DNA of 64,000 nt from Lama glama. Taxonomy: Eukaryota. The DNA is taken from the NCBI GenBank assembly GCA_028534125.1, contig CM052816.1, positions 72,728,001 through 72,792,000 on the forward strand. The letters run 5' to 3'. The notes below the pieces were generated by a model. The model saw nothing but the letters and a program-made list of their open reading frames with translations. It was not told the origin of the DNA and searched no databases. The translations under genes and the position numbers were made by a program. Position 1 is the first letter of the stretch; every line of letters begins with the position of its first letter. Of this stretch, positions 26,051-37,806 are shown piece after piece.

Positions 26051-27565
26051 TGAATAGGGAAGATGTGCTTTACAGGAAGATCTTTTGCACGGACAAGATG
26101 AAAGGAGTTAGTTAGGGAAAATGAATTTTCAGTAAAGGACGACAACAATAATGATAAAAATCGATTAATGAGGCTAGAAGAAGTAGCATGATAGTGTGGA
26201 TGTCTTGAAAACTGAAGGAGTAGAAAGTTTCAGAAAGTCAAAAATTTTTAATGTGAAAAGTAATAAGGATGTTAAAAGTAAATATAGACTGCAAAATGTA
26301 AATTTGTTATATGACGGAGGATACTGATGTGGACTTTGGCAAGAAGAGACAATGGCCACAAAAAGTAGAGTGTGGGCTAAGACAGTGAGTGGAAAATAGG
26401 GAAATGTAGACAGTAGGAGCAGCATTTATCATAGGTTTGTCAGAGGAGTAGAAAGAGAATGGTTTGTCAATGGGAATTTGAGTGAAGAAGTTCTTTATAA
26501 TTTTATTTTTGTTGTTACTTTTATTTATTGATTGATTTTTACAGGATGATTGAGACATAAATAGGTTTATAACATGAGATGCAAAAATTATTCAAATTAA
26601 AGAAAAAAAGTAGTAGGGGATAGCATATATGATTATATTTTCCTTTGTTTTTTACCCCAAATGGTATCTGGTTTGGGTAGTATAAAAATTGAAGTCTCGT
26701 CGCACACCAACTGACTTTGAAAGAGACAAGTCAAAGGTGTGAGGGAGATGGTGAGGAAGACAATTTAAGACCGAAAACTTCAGATGGTGCCATCAAGAAG
26801 AATTCACTGGTGAAAAAGCCAATCCAAAGATAGGGGAACCATCTAGAAAGCAGTAACTTCCACCCAAAGAGGAATTAATATAGGTTTAGAATATGAATGG
26901 AGCAGAAGGAATGGGAGAAGAGAGTAAATCCAAATGAAAAATAATTGGTGACATATGAATAATATGAACTTCTAAGCATCTCTATGCTCTCCAGTCGTAC
27001 AGAAGCAGTGAACCTCCCTGAGGGTAAGAAGCTGGTCACTGGTCCCACTGCACCTGGAAGTGTCTGGGTCTTATGGTCCCCTTAGATGCTAGGTTTTCAT
27101 CTCTCTGAGCTACTGGTGTTGAGTCTGCTTTCAAATTTGTCTACCACTCATCTGTTGAATCTCCAATTTCTCCATTAGTCCAGCAATGACAGTTTTACTC
27201 TGTGTTAAGTTCTGATCTTGCAAGTCTTGTAGACTTCCCTAGTCCAGATTCTGGATTTGAATTTGCTCTCCATTCTCTGACATGCCCTAGGAGACAAGTC
27301 TATTTGACCACAAAATTCAAATATTTTTTGTATATACTTAAAAATACACATATTCCACACTAATACATACCATTCACTTAATGCCAGGTTTACTACATAC
27401 CACTCAGCAGTGGTTTCACTGTGAATTCTCACTGAAAACACGATAGTTGAATCTTTTAAAAGGTATGACTGTTTTTTCCATATATTTAACTAACTTATTT
27501 ATTTGAACTTGCTAAATGAATATGATTCTGCAAGTTAACATTTAACAGTAAAACCAGTACCACCA

Positions 27566-27929
27566 CATCCTAGTCAGCTTGGGTTGCTGTAACAAAATGC
27601 TGTAGCCTGAGTGGCTTAAACAAGGCATATATTTCTCACACTTCTGGAGGCTGGGAAGTCCAAGATGAAAATGCTGGCAGATCTGATGTCTGGTGAGGGC
27701 CCTTTTCCTTGTTTCCAGATGGCATTGTTCTTTCTGTATCTTCATATGGCAGAGAGAGAGAGAGCGAGTGAACTCTGGTCTCTTGATATAAGAGCACTCA
27801 TCTGGTCATAAGGACTCTACCCTCATGGCCTAATTACCTCCCAAAGGCTTCATCTCCAAATACTATCTATCACATTGGGGATTAGTGCTTCAAAATGAAT
27901 TTTGGGAGCACACAGTCCATTCCATAACA
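27566..27929 (-). mobile_element. MLT1A-type MaLR solo LTR
   Basis: tagtcagcttgggttgctgtaacaaaat...tctggaggctgggaagtccaagat...taattacctcccaaagg...tccataaca. Confidence 0.9.
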
Positions 27930-29110
27930 TTTCCTTTGAAAGCGTGGTTATCTATAAATTTGTTTGATGAGTAATAGAAGTTCTAAAATACTTAGAACTT
28001 TGTGGTATTGAGTGCATCTCTAGGAATCTTGAGAATGCTACAGGGGAAAAATATTTTCTTGTATTTACTCTCAGCTGCTGCTTTAAAAAAATGTTTTGTA
28101 GATATTTTCACTTAAGATTTAATTCTAAATGCTTTACGATTTCTCTCATTCTCTTCTTGCAACACAGAAATTGGGCCCTTGAATATACGTATTTCCTTCA
28201 GGAAATGGTGATTCTTTTTGAAGAGCATTAGGAAAAGGGGTTACAGAGATGTAACTACAGAGGTAGACATATTAAACCTTTTCACTCTTGATAGTCTTAA
28301 AAAATGCATGTTTTTCTTTCTAAATAAACTACTGAGCATAATACAAAAATATTCTCGTCTATAAACTCTCATACTACATAAATACATGAGAGGAATGGAA
28401 TAATGTGGAGTCCAGAATCGATGCTGAATTTAGCAGAAAACATGACAGTGACTTGTGAGTCTGAATGCTGGGTGAAAGCCTAGATGATAATGATAGTGAC
28501 CTTTTGGACTCCTCCATTTAGAACTTGTCAGAAATACTGGATTCTATTGAGTTTAACTCATGCCAACTCAATAGGAATACATTCAAATCTACAGTTTTTC
28601 AGAGTCAATTTTGGCTCAGTCTGGGTGTCTGTTAGAGGGTTAGCCCATTAGCTCAAGTTGATAAAGGTTCTGGAACTCCTTAAACACAGTGGGATTTATG
28701 TTGTTGCATCCATAAAAGGAGAACAATATTTTTGGTTAATTCAAAACAGTTTCAAAAACTCAAAATAGTCTTCTCCACCATAAAAAGAATATTGCCAATC
28801 CTGAAATATTTTGAAAATTCTGCAAGCGTAACAGGCATTCAGAAAATAGAAACCAAGCTTTTCTGTTTAATAACAATGTTATGATTATAGAACATATGAA
28901 AATGACCATAAAGTCACTAAAACTATTTTCATATACTTGTGTATAATCGAAATTTAATCACTAGTTCATTTTACATACTCATTATGTAAGCCACAGTTAC
29001 ATTATTGTTACTCAAACAACAAAGAAACATAGATTTCAATTAGTGACTACTGGAATTAATAGGAAAATAACTATCTGAAATCATTCAGATTTTTAAAACC
29101 ATGCAATTAT

Positions 29111-29250
29111 ATATTTTTAAATTTTTTAAGGGAGAGGTAATTAAGTTTGTTTGTTTGTTTGTTTGTTTATTAATGGAGGTACTGGGGATTGAATCCAGGA
29201 CCTCATGCATGCTAAGAACACGCTCTACCACTGAGCTATACCCTCTTCCC
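29111..29250 (-). mobile_element. tRNA-derived camelid-type SINE (vic-1-like)
   Basis: Minus strand reads gagggtaTAGCTCAGTGGtagagcgtgttcttagcatgcatgaggtcctggattcaatccccagtacctccatt(aaac)n...aattacctc. TSD ATGCAATTAT at 29101-29110 and 29252-29261. Confidence 0.9.
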
Positions 29251-29349
29251 AATGCAATTATTTTTAGAGTAACACCTGTATTGCAATCTTTCTGTGGTAT
29301 TTATTTATATAAACATGAAACTGAATTAAGATTAACAGGTAGTTAATTT

Positions 29350-31320
29350 CACTCATCATTCTCCAATCATTTAACACATTTATTATAATTAACAGTATGC
29401 CAAAGACTTTGAGATACTAAGACAGATACTATGTTCCCCATCAAGTTTATATTTTAATGGAGACAGGAAGAGAGAATCACAAGGTAATTAAATATGATGA
29501 ACAGAAGTAAATGATTTGAATGCTAAGAGAAAGGGATGTAGATGAGGCATGGGAAGTAAGCAATGGCCAGATCATAAGGGCTATATATTGCTAAACTTAA
29601 GATCTTGCTCTTTAACTAAATTTATTGGCACATCTTCGAAGATTTCCAACGGGAAAAGTGACATCCTCATATTTGTATTTTGTAAAGAAAACTCTAGTTG
29701 CAGGGTACAGGAGGGCAAATCTAGAGAGATGGAAATAATTTAGGAAGTTTTTAAATAACCCAGGTGAAAGATGAAGATTTTCTGAATTAGGGAATTTGCA
29801 ATTTAAGAACTTTTACTGAGGGAGATTGATAGAATGTAGGTACTAACTGAATATGGAGGGTGAGGGAACAGAGTAAGACTGGAATTACCCTGATGAAAGG
29901 CTACTTTGAAGCTCGATGTATTTTAGTCCCTGCAGAGAATTCAAGTGAGATATGGCAGGTGGGAGATACAGTTTTGGGCATCTGCAGAATGACTGGGTTG
30001 TGGGTTTTTAAATTAAGAGAGTTGTCCTCAGTAGAAGTCAGGGTATTAGAGTTCTCTGACTCTAAGTTATAGTTGTAGTTATGGAAGTGGAAGGGTCTTT
30101 CAGGAGAGTGTGTACAGTGGAAGCTGGGTAATTTCAATCCTAGAGAGAGCAGAGAGTGTATAGCTTAAGGAGACTGAATATAATTGACCAGCAAAATGGG
30201 TGTAAACAGAAACAATAAGGAACATTGCCTATCAGAAAGAGAGAAAACAGAGTGTCAAGAAGGAACAGCTGAAACCTGATAAATATGCAAGGATCAAGCA
30301 AACGTGATTTTGCAGATTGCTCATTGGATAGCAACAGAGATATATGCCAATTTTGTCATAAATGTTTTCATTTGACAGACAAGAGACACCAGGTTCCAAA
30401 ATGTTTAAAAGTTGAATATAAAGGGAAAAAGTGAAGACTGTGTTAACAAGTTTTTAGTATATGCGAGAAGAGAAGTAGATGTTATTAAAGTGAATGGAGT
30501 GAAATATAGGAGCAATGTACAATTTTTAAATACATATAGGAGAGATTTAAGCATGCTTAAGTGCTGATGAGAGAAAATATAGGGAAGAGTCTGAGAAGGA
30601 AGAGAAGGGATAATTAATGAAGCAAGGGCTCTGAGTATATTGTAAGGTAAAGAAAAGGAAAAATATAGAAAAAGAGACACATCATGCTCTAGAATAAGGA
30701 GAAAGGACATAAACATGTTTGTAAATGACAGTATTTTTTTTCAGTAAAATTGGAAGTTAAATATTTTCTTGGGATGAGGTGAACAGGCAAGGTATGGTAG
30801 ACTTCGGGAGGCTTGGGAAGGTTTGAGAATCAGGTATGTGCTATCCAGGAACGTGCCAATCTCACTAAGCAGTGTTGATGTTACCCAGTTGATGCTAACA
30901 CCATGAGCTAGTGGGGATCTCTCCAGCAATATCTAGAAGCTCATATATAGGAGTAAGAATGTGGATAGTTAGTTCATCTTAAAACAGGATATTAATATTA
31001 GAATACAGCAGATAAGATAATTAACAATTTTCATAAGATATTGGTTGAAATAATAGATTTTTGTGTCAGACTGGATAAGGAAGGAAGCGATGATGAGCAG
31101 AGAGTAGATAGTGGAAGAAACTAGAACTTTTCAAAGGCTACTCATCTCAAACAATTAAAAACAAAGTTCAGTGAGAGTAAAACAATGAAGAATGAAAACT
31201 AGATAGATGCCTTCAGAGAAGTAAATTTTGGTAACTACAAGCTTGAATAATGACAAGGTACAGTGATGACAATGTTTATATGGATATTGATCATGTAACT
31301 GGGGTGTGACCAAGGATGAC
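29350..31320 (-). mobile_element. Long degraded L2
   Basis: Starts with the L2 3'-end signature (tcatttaacacatttatta) and continues as purine-rich antisense L2 (ccaggtgaaagatga; ggagggtgagggaacagag). Confidence 0.65.
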
Positions 31321-31579
31321 AGATATTCTGGAATTAATAATTACCGAAATTACAAACAAAATCTGTATGCAAATTTATTTCATTACAGGTACATGATAAG
31401 GGTTCTCTTCGAATCAGAATATCCATCCGGTTGTCTACAAAAAAAGAATTTGCAAAAATATATAATAATCTTAAAGTTCTCATTTAGTAAAATGTGCCAG
31501 TTATTTTTAAACTGGGGACTACCTCATTCCTTCCCTCCCTCCCTCGTTCCTTTTTTTTTCCTTTCTTGTTCACTTCCTT

Positions 31580-32170
31580 CTATTTTGTAAACATGCATTT
31601 AAGTGTTTGCTTTGTGAATACAGTCCTTGACCTCTAGGGGCTCACAGTCTAGTGAGGACACAAACATACAAACACATAATTACAGTTGAGTATTAAACAC
31701 TTTTAAGAGTTATGGACTAAGCCCTATGGGGGAAAGCTTTTAATTCTTTCCATGGAGAGTTCAAACAAGTCTTTCCTGAGGAAGTGATGTTTGAGCCAAG
31801 TTTTGAAGTATGAATAAAGTCAGAAAAGCTATAGAATGAAAGAAATTATACCAGGAGAGAATATTATGTAAATAGATGCAATCATGTTGAGTAAAGGTAC
31901 TATGACAGTTTTGATCGGCTTCAAGTATGGAATACCTAGAAGAGGGGCGAGAGACAATGGTGAAATGGTAGCAGAGGACAGATCACAACAGGCCGTTAAT
32001 ACCAGGCCAAGGAGTTTGGACTTCATGAAGATTCTCTAGATCTCCAAGAGAAGTTCAAGCAGGGGACTTCCATGATAAGTTTGAATCATAAAATGATGAT
32101 TCTGGATGCCAAGTAGACTATATTTTCAAAGAAGGTGAGACTGGAGGCTGGAGATATGAGGTAACTGATG
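31580..32170 (-). mobile_element. L2 3' fragment
   Basis: gacctctagggggctcacagtctagtgagg...ctttcctgaggaagtgatgtttgagccaagttttgaag...ggccaaggagtttggactt. Confidence 0.8.
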
Positions 32171-32470
32171 TTGAAAAATGAAAAACACAAATTAGTATAG
32201 GAATTAAATCAATTACAACAAAGCCCAACATAATTTTTTGAATGGGAGAGAGACTTGACAAAGTGATTCTAAATTTATTTTTAAATATAAGTGTGTGAAA
32301 TACAAGCTATTTAGGAGAACTATGGGGGTAGGGTTACTTAAAGATTGAAAAATATGCTACAAAGATAAACTAATTTAATCAATGACCTACTGGTACTTGA
32401 ACTGATTAACAGCTCATTGGAACAAACCAGTCAGTCCAGAAAGAATATACAGTTATGAATTTGAGTTTCA
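32170..32470 (+). mobile_element. Old L1M ORF2 fragment
   Basis: acttgacaaagtgattctaaatttat...atgctacaaagat...ggaacaaaccagtcagtccagaaa. Confidence 0.55.
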
Positions 32471-32935
32471 TAAGTCCTTTTATATTCAGGGTTAACAGAA
32501 AGGATGCATTGTAAAGTAAAAATTTCTGTTTCTAGAAAATAGATAAGACATAGAGGTGGGCCTTCTGTCCCTCCTAAGGCTCCAGCACAATTAAAGAATC
32601 AAAGTGGAAAAAAAAATGTGTCTATAAAACAGAGAGGAACGAGAGCAGAGGACTGTTATCTAGAGGGGAAAGTTCTCAAAAATTTTAAATGATTAAAAAC
32701 CAAAGGGAGTAGAATGAAGGATGGCACAAAGAGAGGAAATCCTGGAATATGTTACACAAGGGCCTGCAAAAGAAGTGAGAGCCAGTCTTTACTGTGAAGC
32801 CACTGAGACATTTGGAGTTGGAGCTGGAAGGCATAATGCAGAATTGACCAGTAGGGCTAACACAGGAAGGACACTTAGTTTAAGGTCAGTGTGACAATTG
32901 TAAGAGTTATTACCCATAACCCATCTCTCATATCC

Positions 32936-32938
<3 letters not shown>

Positions 32939-32979
<41 letters not shown>
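32939..32979. repeat. (AC)20 microsatellite
   Basis: Perfect uninterrupted AC run. Confidence 0.98.
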
Positions 32980-32982
<3 letters not shown>

Positions 32983-35900
32983 TTGAGCAGTTTTCACTTA
33001 CCCCTGTGTAAAATACCTCATCTTCTCACTAAAGAAATTAAACACATATTTGGAGATACAAATTCACTAGATGCTAGAAGGAATGGGGTCAAATCTTCAA
33101 ATAAAGTGAAGAAAGTGATTTTCAATCTAGAATTCTATACGCAGATAAGCTATTGTTAAAGAGGTAAGAGAGAAAGATAGTCTCACCCACGTCCCTGCTG
33201 CCCTAATCACACGCCCACCCCAAATAAAGGTATAAACTAAATGTGACCACTACAAGATGTGTTCAAGAAAACAGCAGTTACGATAGCTCTGCTGCGGGTC
33301 TAGAGAAAAATGAGTCCTGCTTAGAACATGTGGGTGGTCTCTGGAGAAAAAACTGTTTGTGTGAGTGTGTGAGTGTGTGGTGGAGGCAATACCATGAGCA
33401 CTGAAGAATCCTGAGCCTAACTTTGTATTCTACATAGAACCAATATTTGATAGGTGGTTTTTGGTGATAAGAAAAATCAAATTTATACAAAAATGACTTA
33501 TTGCTTTTAAGGGTCCTTCTGCATATATCAGTTTATGTAATTCTTATAATACTTCTGATACATAACTATTTTCAACACTTCAGGTGGTCTGCCAAATATC
33601 TTGATGCACTATTACCTGAATTGATGAAGCATTATAATGCATACTTAGTTCTGGAAGGTGTCCAACTAGTGAATCTGAAATCGTGCCATTTTTCCATTAG
33701 ATCAGATCTTACTCAAATGTTTCTTGGGTTGCTAGCAACTTTGCCAACTCTTGTTTATTTTCTTTTTTGGGAGGTTGCAATAATAATATATTTTTCTCAT
33801 TTATTAGGTTTCATCAGATGGCATAAGGTGTGGTTAATTCACTAAGATTTGAAGTCCTATTTTACTGACTTCATACCCAAAATCATGTTCTTAATGGTTT
33901 CTTTCCAAGGGATTTGCCAAGACAGTGAACCAGCACCATTCCTTCCAGAGCATCACTGACACAAATTCACTCAGCTAAATTAGTGTTTCAAACTTGACTG
34001 GCTCATCTGGCCCAGGTAGCTAGATAACATGCCAATGCATGATGTAACTCTGATGGTCACTACTAAAAGATAATGAAGAAGCATTATTTTCATCTTAGCA
34101 GTTTTTTCAGAAGTCAGCTTTCTTTTCTCTTGGAAGTCTCCCCTGTTGACTTCTGGCAAATGGTGGAATGTGCTGGCTGCACATGACCTTTCTAGACTAA
34201 AAATGATGAATAGAGGCTGGGGATGTTTTGAAAAGACATTGTGCAATTTATCTAGATGTAATGGCCTCTAACACATTCTATTTTACCATCTGTTAATATT
34301 ACCTTTAGTTTTATTATATTCTTATTTATTTTTATCAATAAAGGTTTAGAGAAATCACTTATTAAAATAGTGTTTTACTTGTAATTTCTTTTCCATTTGG
34401 CATGTATGTGTGTGATAATTGGCTTCCCTGTGTTTCACTTTTTAAAAAATTGTACTATTTTATTTCCAAAGTAAAAGTATTATTGAATTTTATACATAAA
34501 ATATACTTCAGAGTTTATTTGCCCTATTTCCTTTCTTTTAGTTGAAAAGCTAAGACAAATTTTTAGAAACTGATTAATGTAGAACTCTAGAATTCTCTTT
34601 TGAAGTTAGGCATTTCCCCAATAGACAAGTTTTTAAGGTCCGTACATGGTGAAAACTTTTGGTTAGTGAATGACTTTTGATTTCACGTTAGTTTTGTTAC
34701 TTCACAAAATAATTGCTCAAAGATTTGGAAATATATATATATATTACTAAGCAATTTAATGTTCCATGCCAATATATATGACAAATTTTAAATATTTTTA
34801 CCACACTACAAACACTACAATTTTCAATATTTTAAGCCAAAAAAAAATTGGTTGAGATGCCAAACACTTGTGAATTTAACAAATTTCATGACTGTGAGAC
34901 CAAAAATGTTGGAGTGGATTTTTTCCCATAGAACATACAGAAAATGGAAGATATAACAATACATATTATTTTGGGGGGGGTATACTTAAAATATATTAGC
35001 AAAAGACCACTAAAATAGATTGTGCATTTTATGTCTGGGAGACAGTCTAATAGATTTTGCTTACCTGAGGATTAGTACAAAATTATTTCTGGATGATATA
35101 TGAATAGAATGGAAAAATATGTCATATTCTTACTTGGTAATTTTAATGCAATTCAATAGACATTTATTGATTATATAATATCTATAAGATACTGTCTATG
35201 GGAAAACAATCTACAGAATGTATAATGAGTTTAAACATCCTCTGCTTTATTTGCTTTTATAGTTCAGTTACCAGAGATTGTACACTGAAGTGGTCCTCTC
35301 TCTGTTTTAAGTGTGTTTATTATTTACATGAATTAAAAAAGAAAACAAATTTCTGACATGAAGTCTCCAAAGTAAAATATCTGTTCTTACTAAGACTGGG
35401 TACATTTCACTATTCCTTTGTATGGTATATTTTTGCCCTTCAAAAAGCGTAAATCCATGTGATTGATTTTGTATGCTGAGGAAATGGACTACATAGTAAT
35501 AAAAACTAGAATAGTTTTACTATCTGAATCTCAAGATGCAGAGATAACTAAATTTGTACTTATTGGAGCATGTAACGTATTACAAATTTGATGAGACAGC
35601 AGTTACACAAAAGAAAGGGAGCAAGCAAAAGATTGACATGAAACTGGTAAGATAAAGATGAGACTATAAATAGCATTATGTTATTTCTGAAATGAAATAT
35701 TCCCCAATCCTCTCCAAAAAACAGTGTTAGGGAACTATCATTTGAAATTAGTTCACAGGAGCTACTCAGAATTGACAAAATATCACTAATTGGTTTGATT
35801 TTTCACCTTCTTTCTCTACACATACATACATACACTAGCCACTTAACAACTGTTTTCTTGATTATAATTTTTTTACTGTAAATGAGACAATAAAAGGAAT

Positions 35901-37290
35901 ATTAAAACTTTTTTATTAAAAATTAATTTAAAATTTTGAATTTTCTAGACAAGATTTGCAAAAAATTCAGAAGAAAATCAATCATATTTCATTAAATTAA
36001 CATCATAGTGCTAACTTCATGAAAGTAACTGCTGACTTAGTGAAATTAAGTGTACAGTAAGCATCAGATAGCCTTCATATGACCATCCTTAAGATAAGGT
36101 TGAGAGATCCATCATACAATATGTGTTTGTTTTTATTTTCTTCCTTTAAATATTTCACACGTTGTACAATTTGTATATATTCTCTACATTTACAGCCATT
36201 TGAAATTTGTAATAGAATAGACAATGATCTTAAATTGTTTCACTTTAATTAATTTTATTTTTCTGTAGTACTAATCTGTTTAACTCTCTTCTTAATAGGG
36301 CCATTTTCAATATTCATTTGTAATTTGATTTTCCCAATGTGTAAGCTACTTCTTAAAGTAAATTAAGTACACGGGGGTGTGTTGGCTCTTTTGTTTTTCT
36401 AGAGCACTGTCCAATAATTAGATGTGCTATTATTCTACATAATCCTCATATAAATTTAAAAGATGTACTCCTCTTTCCTAAGGAATTTTTAAAATGTGAT
36501 GTTTTGGGTATATTCAGTTAACAAAATGTAACCTACCAGAAGTATTTTTGTTGCTGATCTATTCTCATTTGTTAGATGATTTTGACTTTAAATTCCAAGG
36601 AAAATGAGTGATCTTAGTAGAAATGCTTCATCTCAGTTAGGTACTCATTAACACTGATCCATTTATGTAAACGCATTGCTAGAAGAGTAACTTCTGTGGG
36701 AGAAAAACATTTACTGAGCAAAACTCTATACCACCAGACATCGTGCTTCCCAGTTTTCAAGGTTTGTACTTTTATAGCTTACACTATAATTTACACTATA
36801 ACTGTTTCTATTATTGTTTCCTATCCCAAATATTGAAAGAATCCATATTATTTTACCATTTTTTCTTATGTTTTCTTAGTAGCTAATGATTTTTGCTTTT
36901 TCTCAGGCTAGCAAAACTAACAAAGAGCAATTTTTGCATGAAGAGATTCATGTATAAGGAATTAAAATCTTACGTAAAATATATATGATTAGAAATGGCT
37001 GGTATATTTTACAGTATCAAACTAATGAAACAAATTTATACTATCTAAGTGATAGTTAAGAAAAGATAATTAAGAAACATGACAATTTTTTATAACTCAA
37101 ATATCTAAAATTTATTTCTTTTCATTTTATATATATGTGTTTGTTAAAGAAATATGTGGATATGATCAAAATAACACATGTATAGTTAGCTATATACTTT
37201 ATTTTTTGGCAGTCATGATTGATAACTAGTATATTCTATTCCACAACTATACTTCCGTAAGTATGTGTAGTTGTTATGGCTATATAGTAC

Positions 37291-37806
37291 TGTTACTGAC
37301 TCCAAGCTCATACTGTTCACTGCACAACAGTCCAATCAATTGAGCAATGAGGTGTTTGGGCAAGGGGTAGTGACTTTATTCAGAAAGCCAGCAGGCTAAA
37401 GAAAAGGGTGGACTAGTGTCCCAAAGAACCATCTTGCCTGGGTTTGGATGCTAGTTTCTTTTATAGAACAAAGAGGGGAAGGTGAGGAGGTAAAATAAAA
37501 CGGTGATAAATTGTTGCAAATATTTCCTGGATCCAGCCAGACTCTGGAGGGAATGTGTTAATTTCTTCTTTCCACAGGTGGGTCTGGTCAGGATGTTTCC
37601 TGTGAGCTTAAACGTAGGCATTTTAGCTTAACCCTCATTGCATAGGAGGCAGAGTTCCTGGGAATGGGCCATTATGTATAGTTTAAGCTATACACATCCC
37701 TTTAATGGTTAACTTGTAGCAAAAGCAATAGAATACAAGCGTTAAAGTAGAAGAAACAGATCCAATATGGAGTGAGATTTGTTCTCCCCTCCTATAGTCC
37801 TGTTCA
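37291..37806 (-). mobile_element. ERV solo LTR (ERV1/MER41-like, cetartiodactyl type)
   Basis: Starts TGTTAC. On the minus strand CTATAAAA (37459-37466) precedes AATAAA (37375-37380). The right end is 37796 or 37806; either gives a 4-bp TSD with one mismatch to GTAC. Confidence 0.8.

Noticed and set aside
33728..33739. Perfect palindrome GTTGCTAGCAAC (X-box-like)
   Set aside because: An isolated 12-bp palindrome; several are expected by chance in 64 kb.
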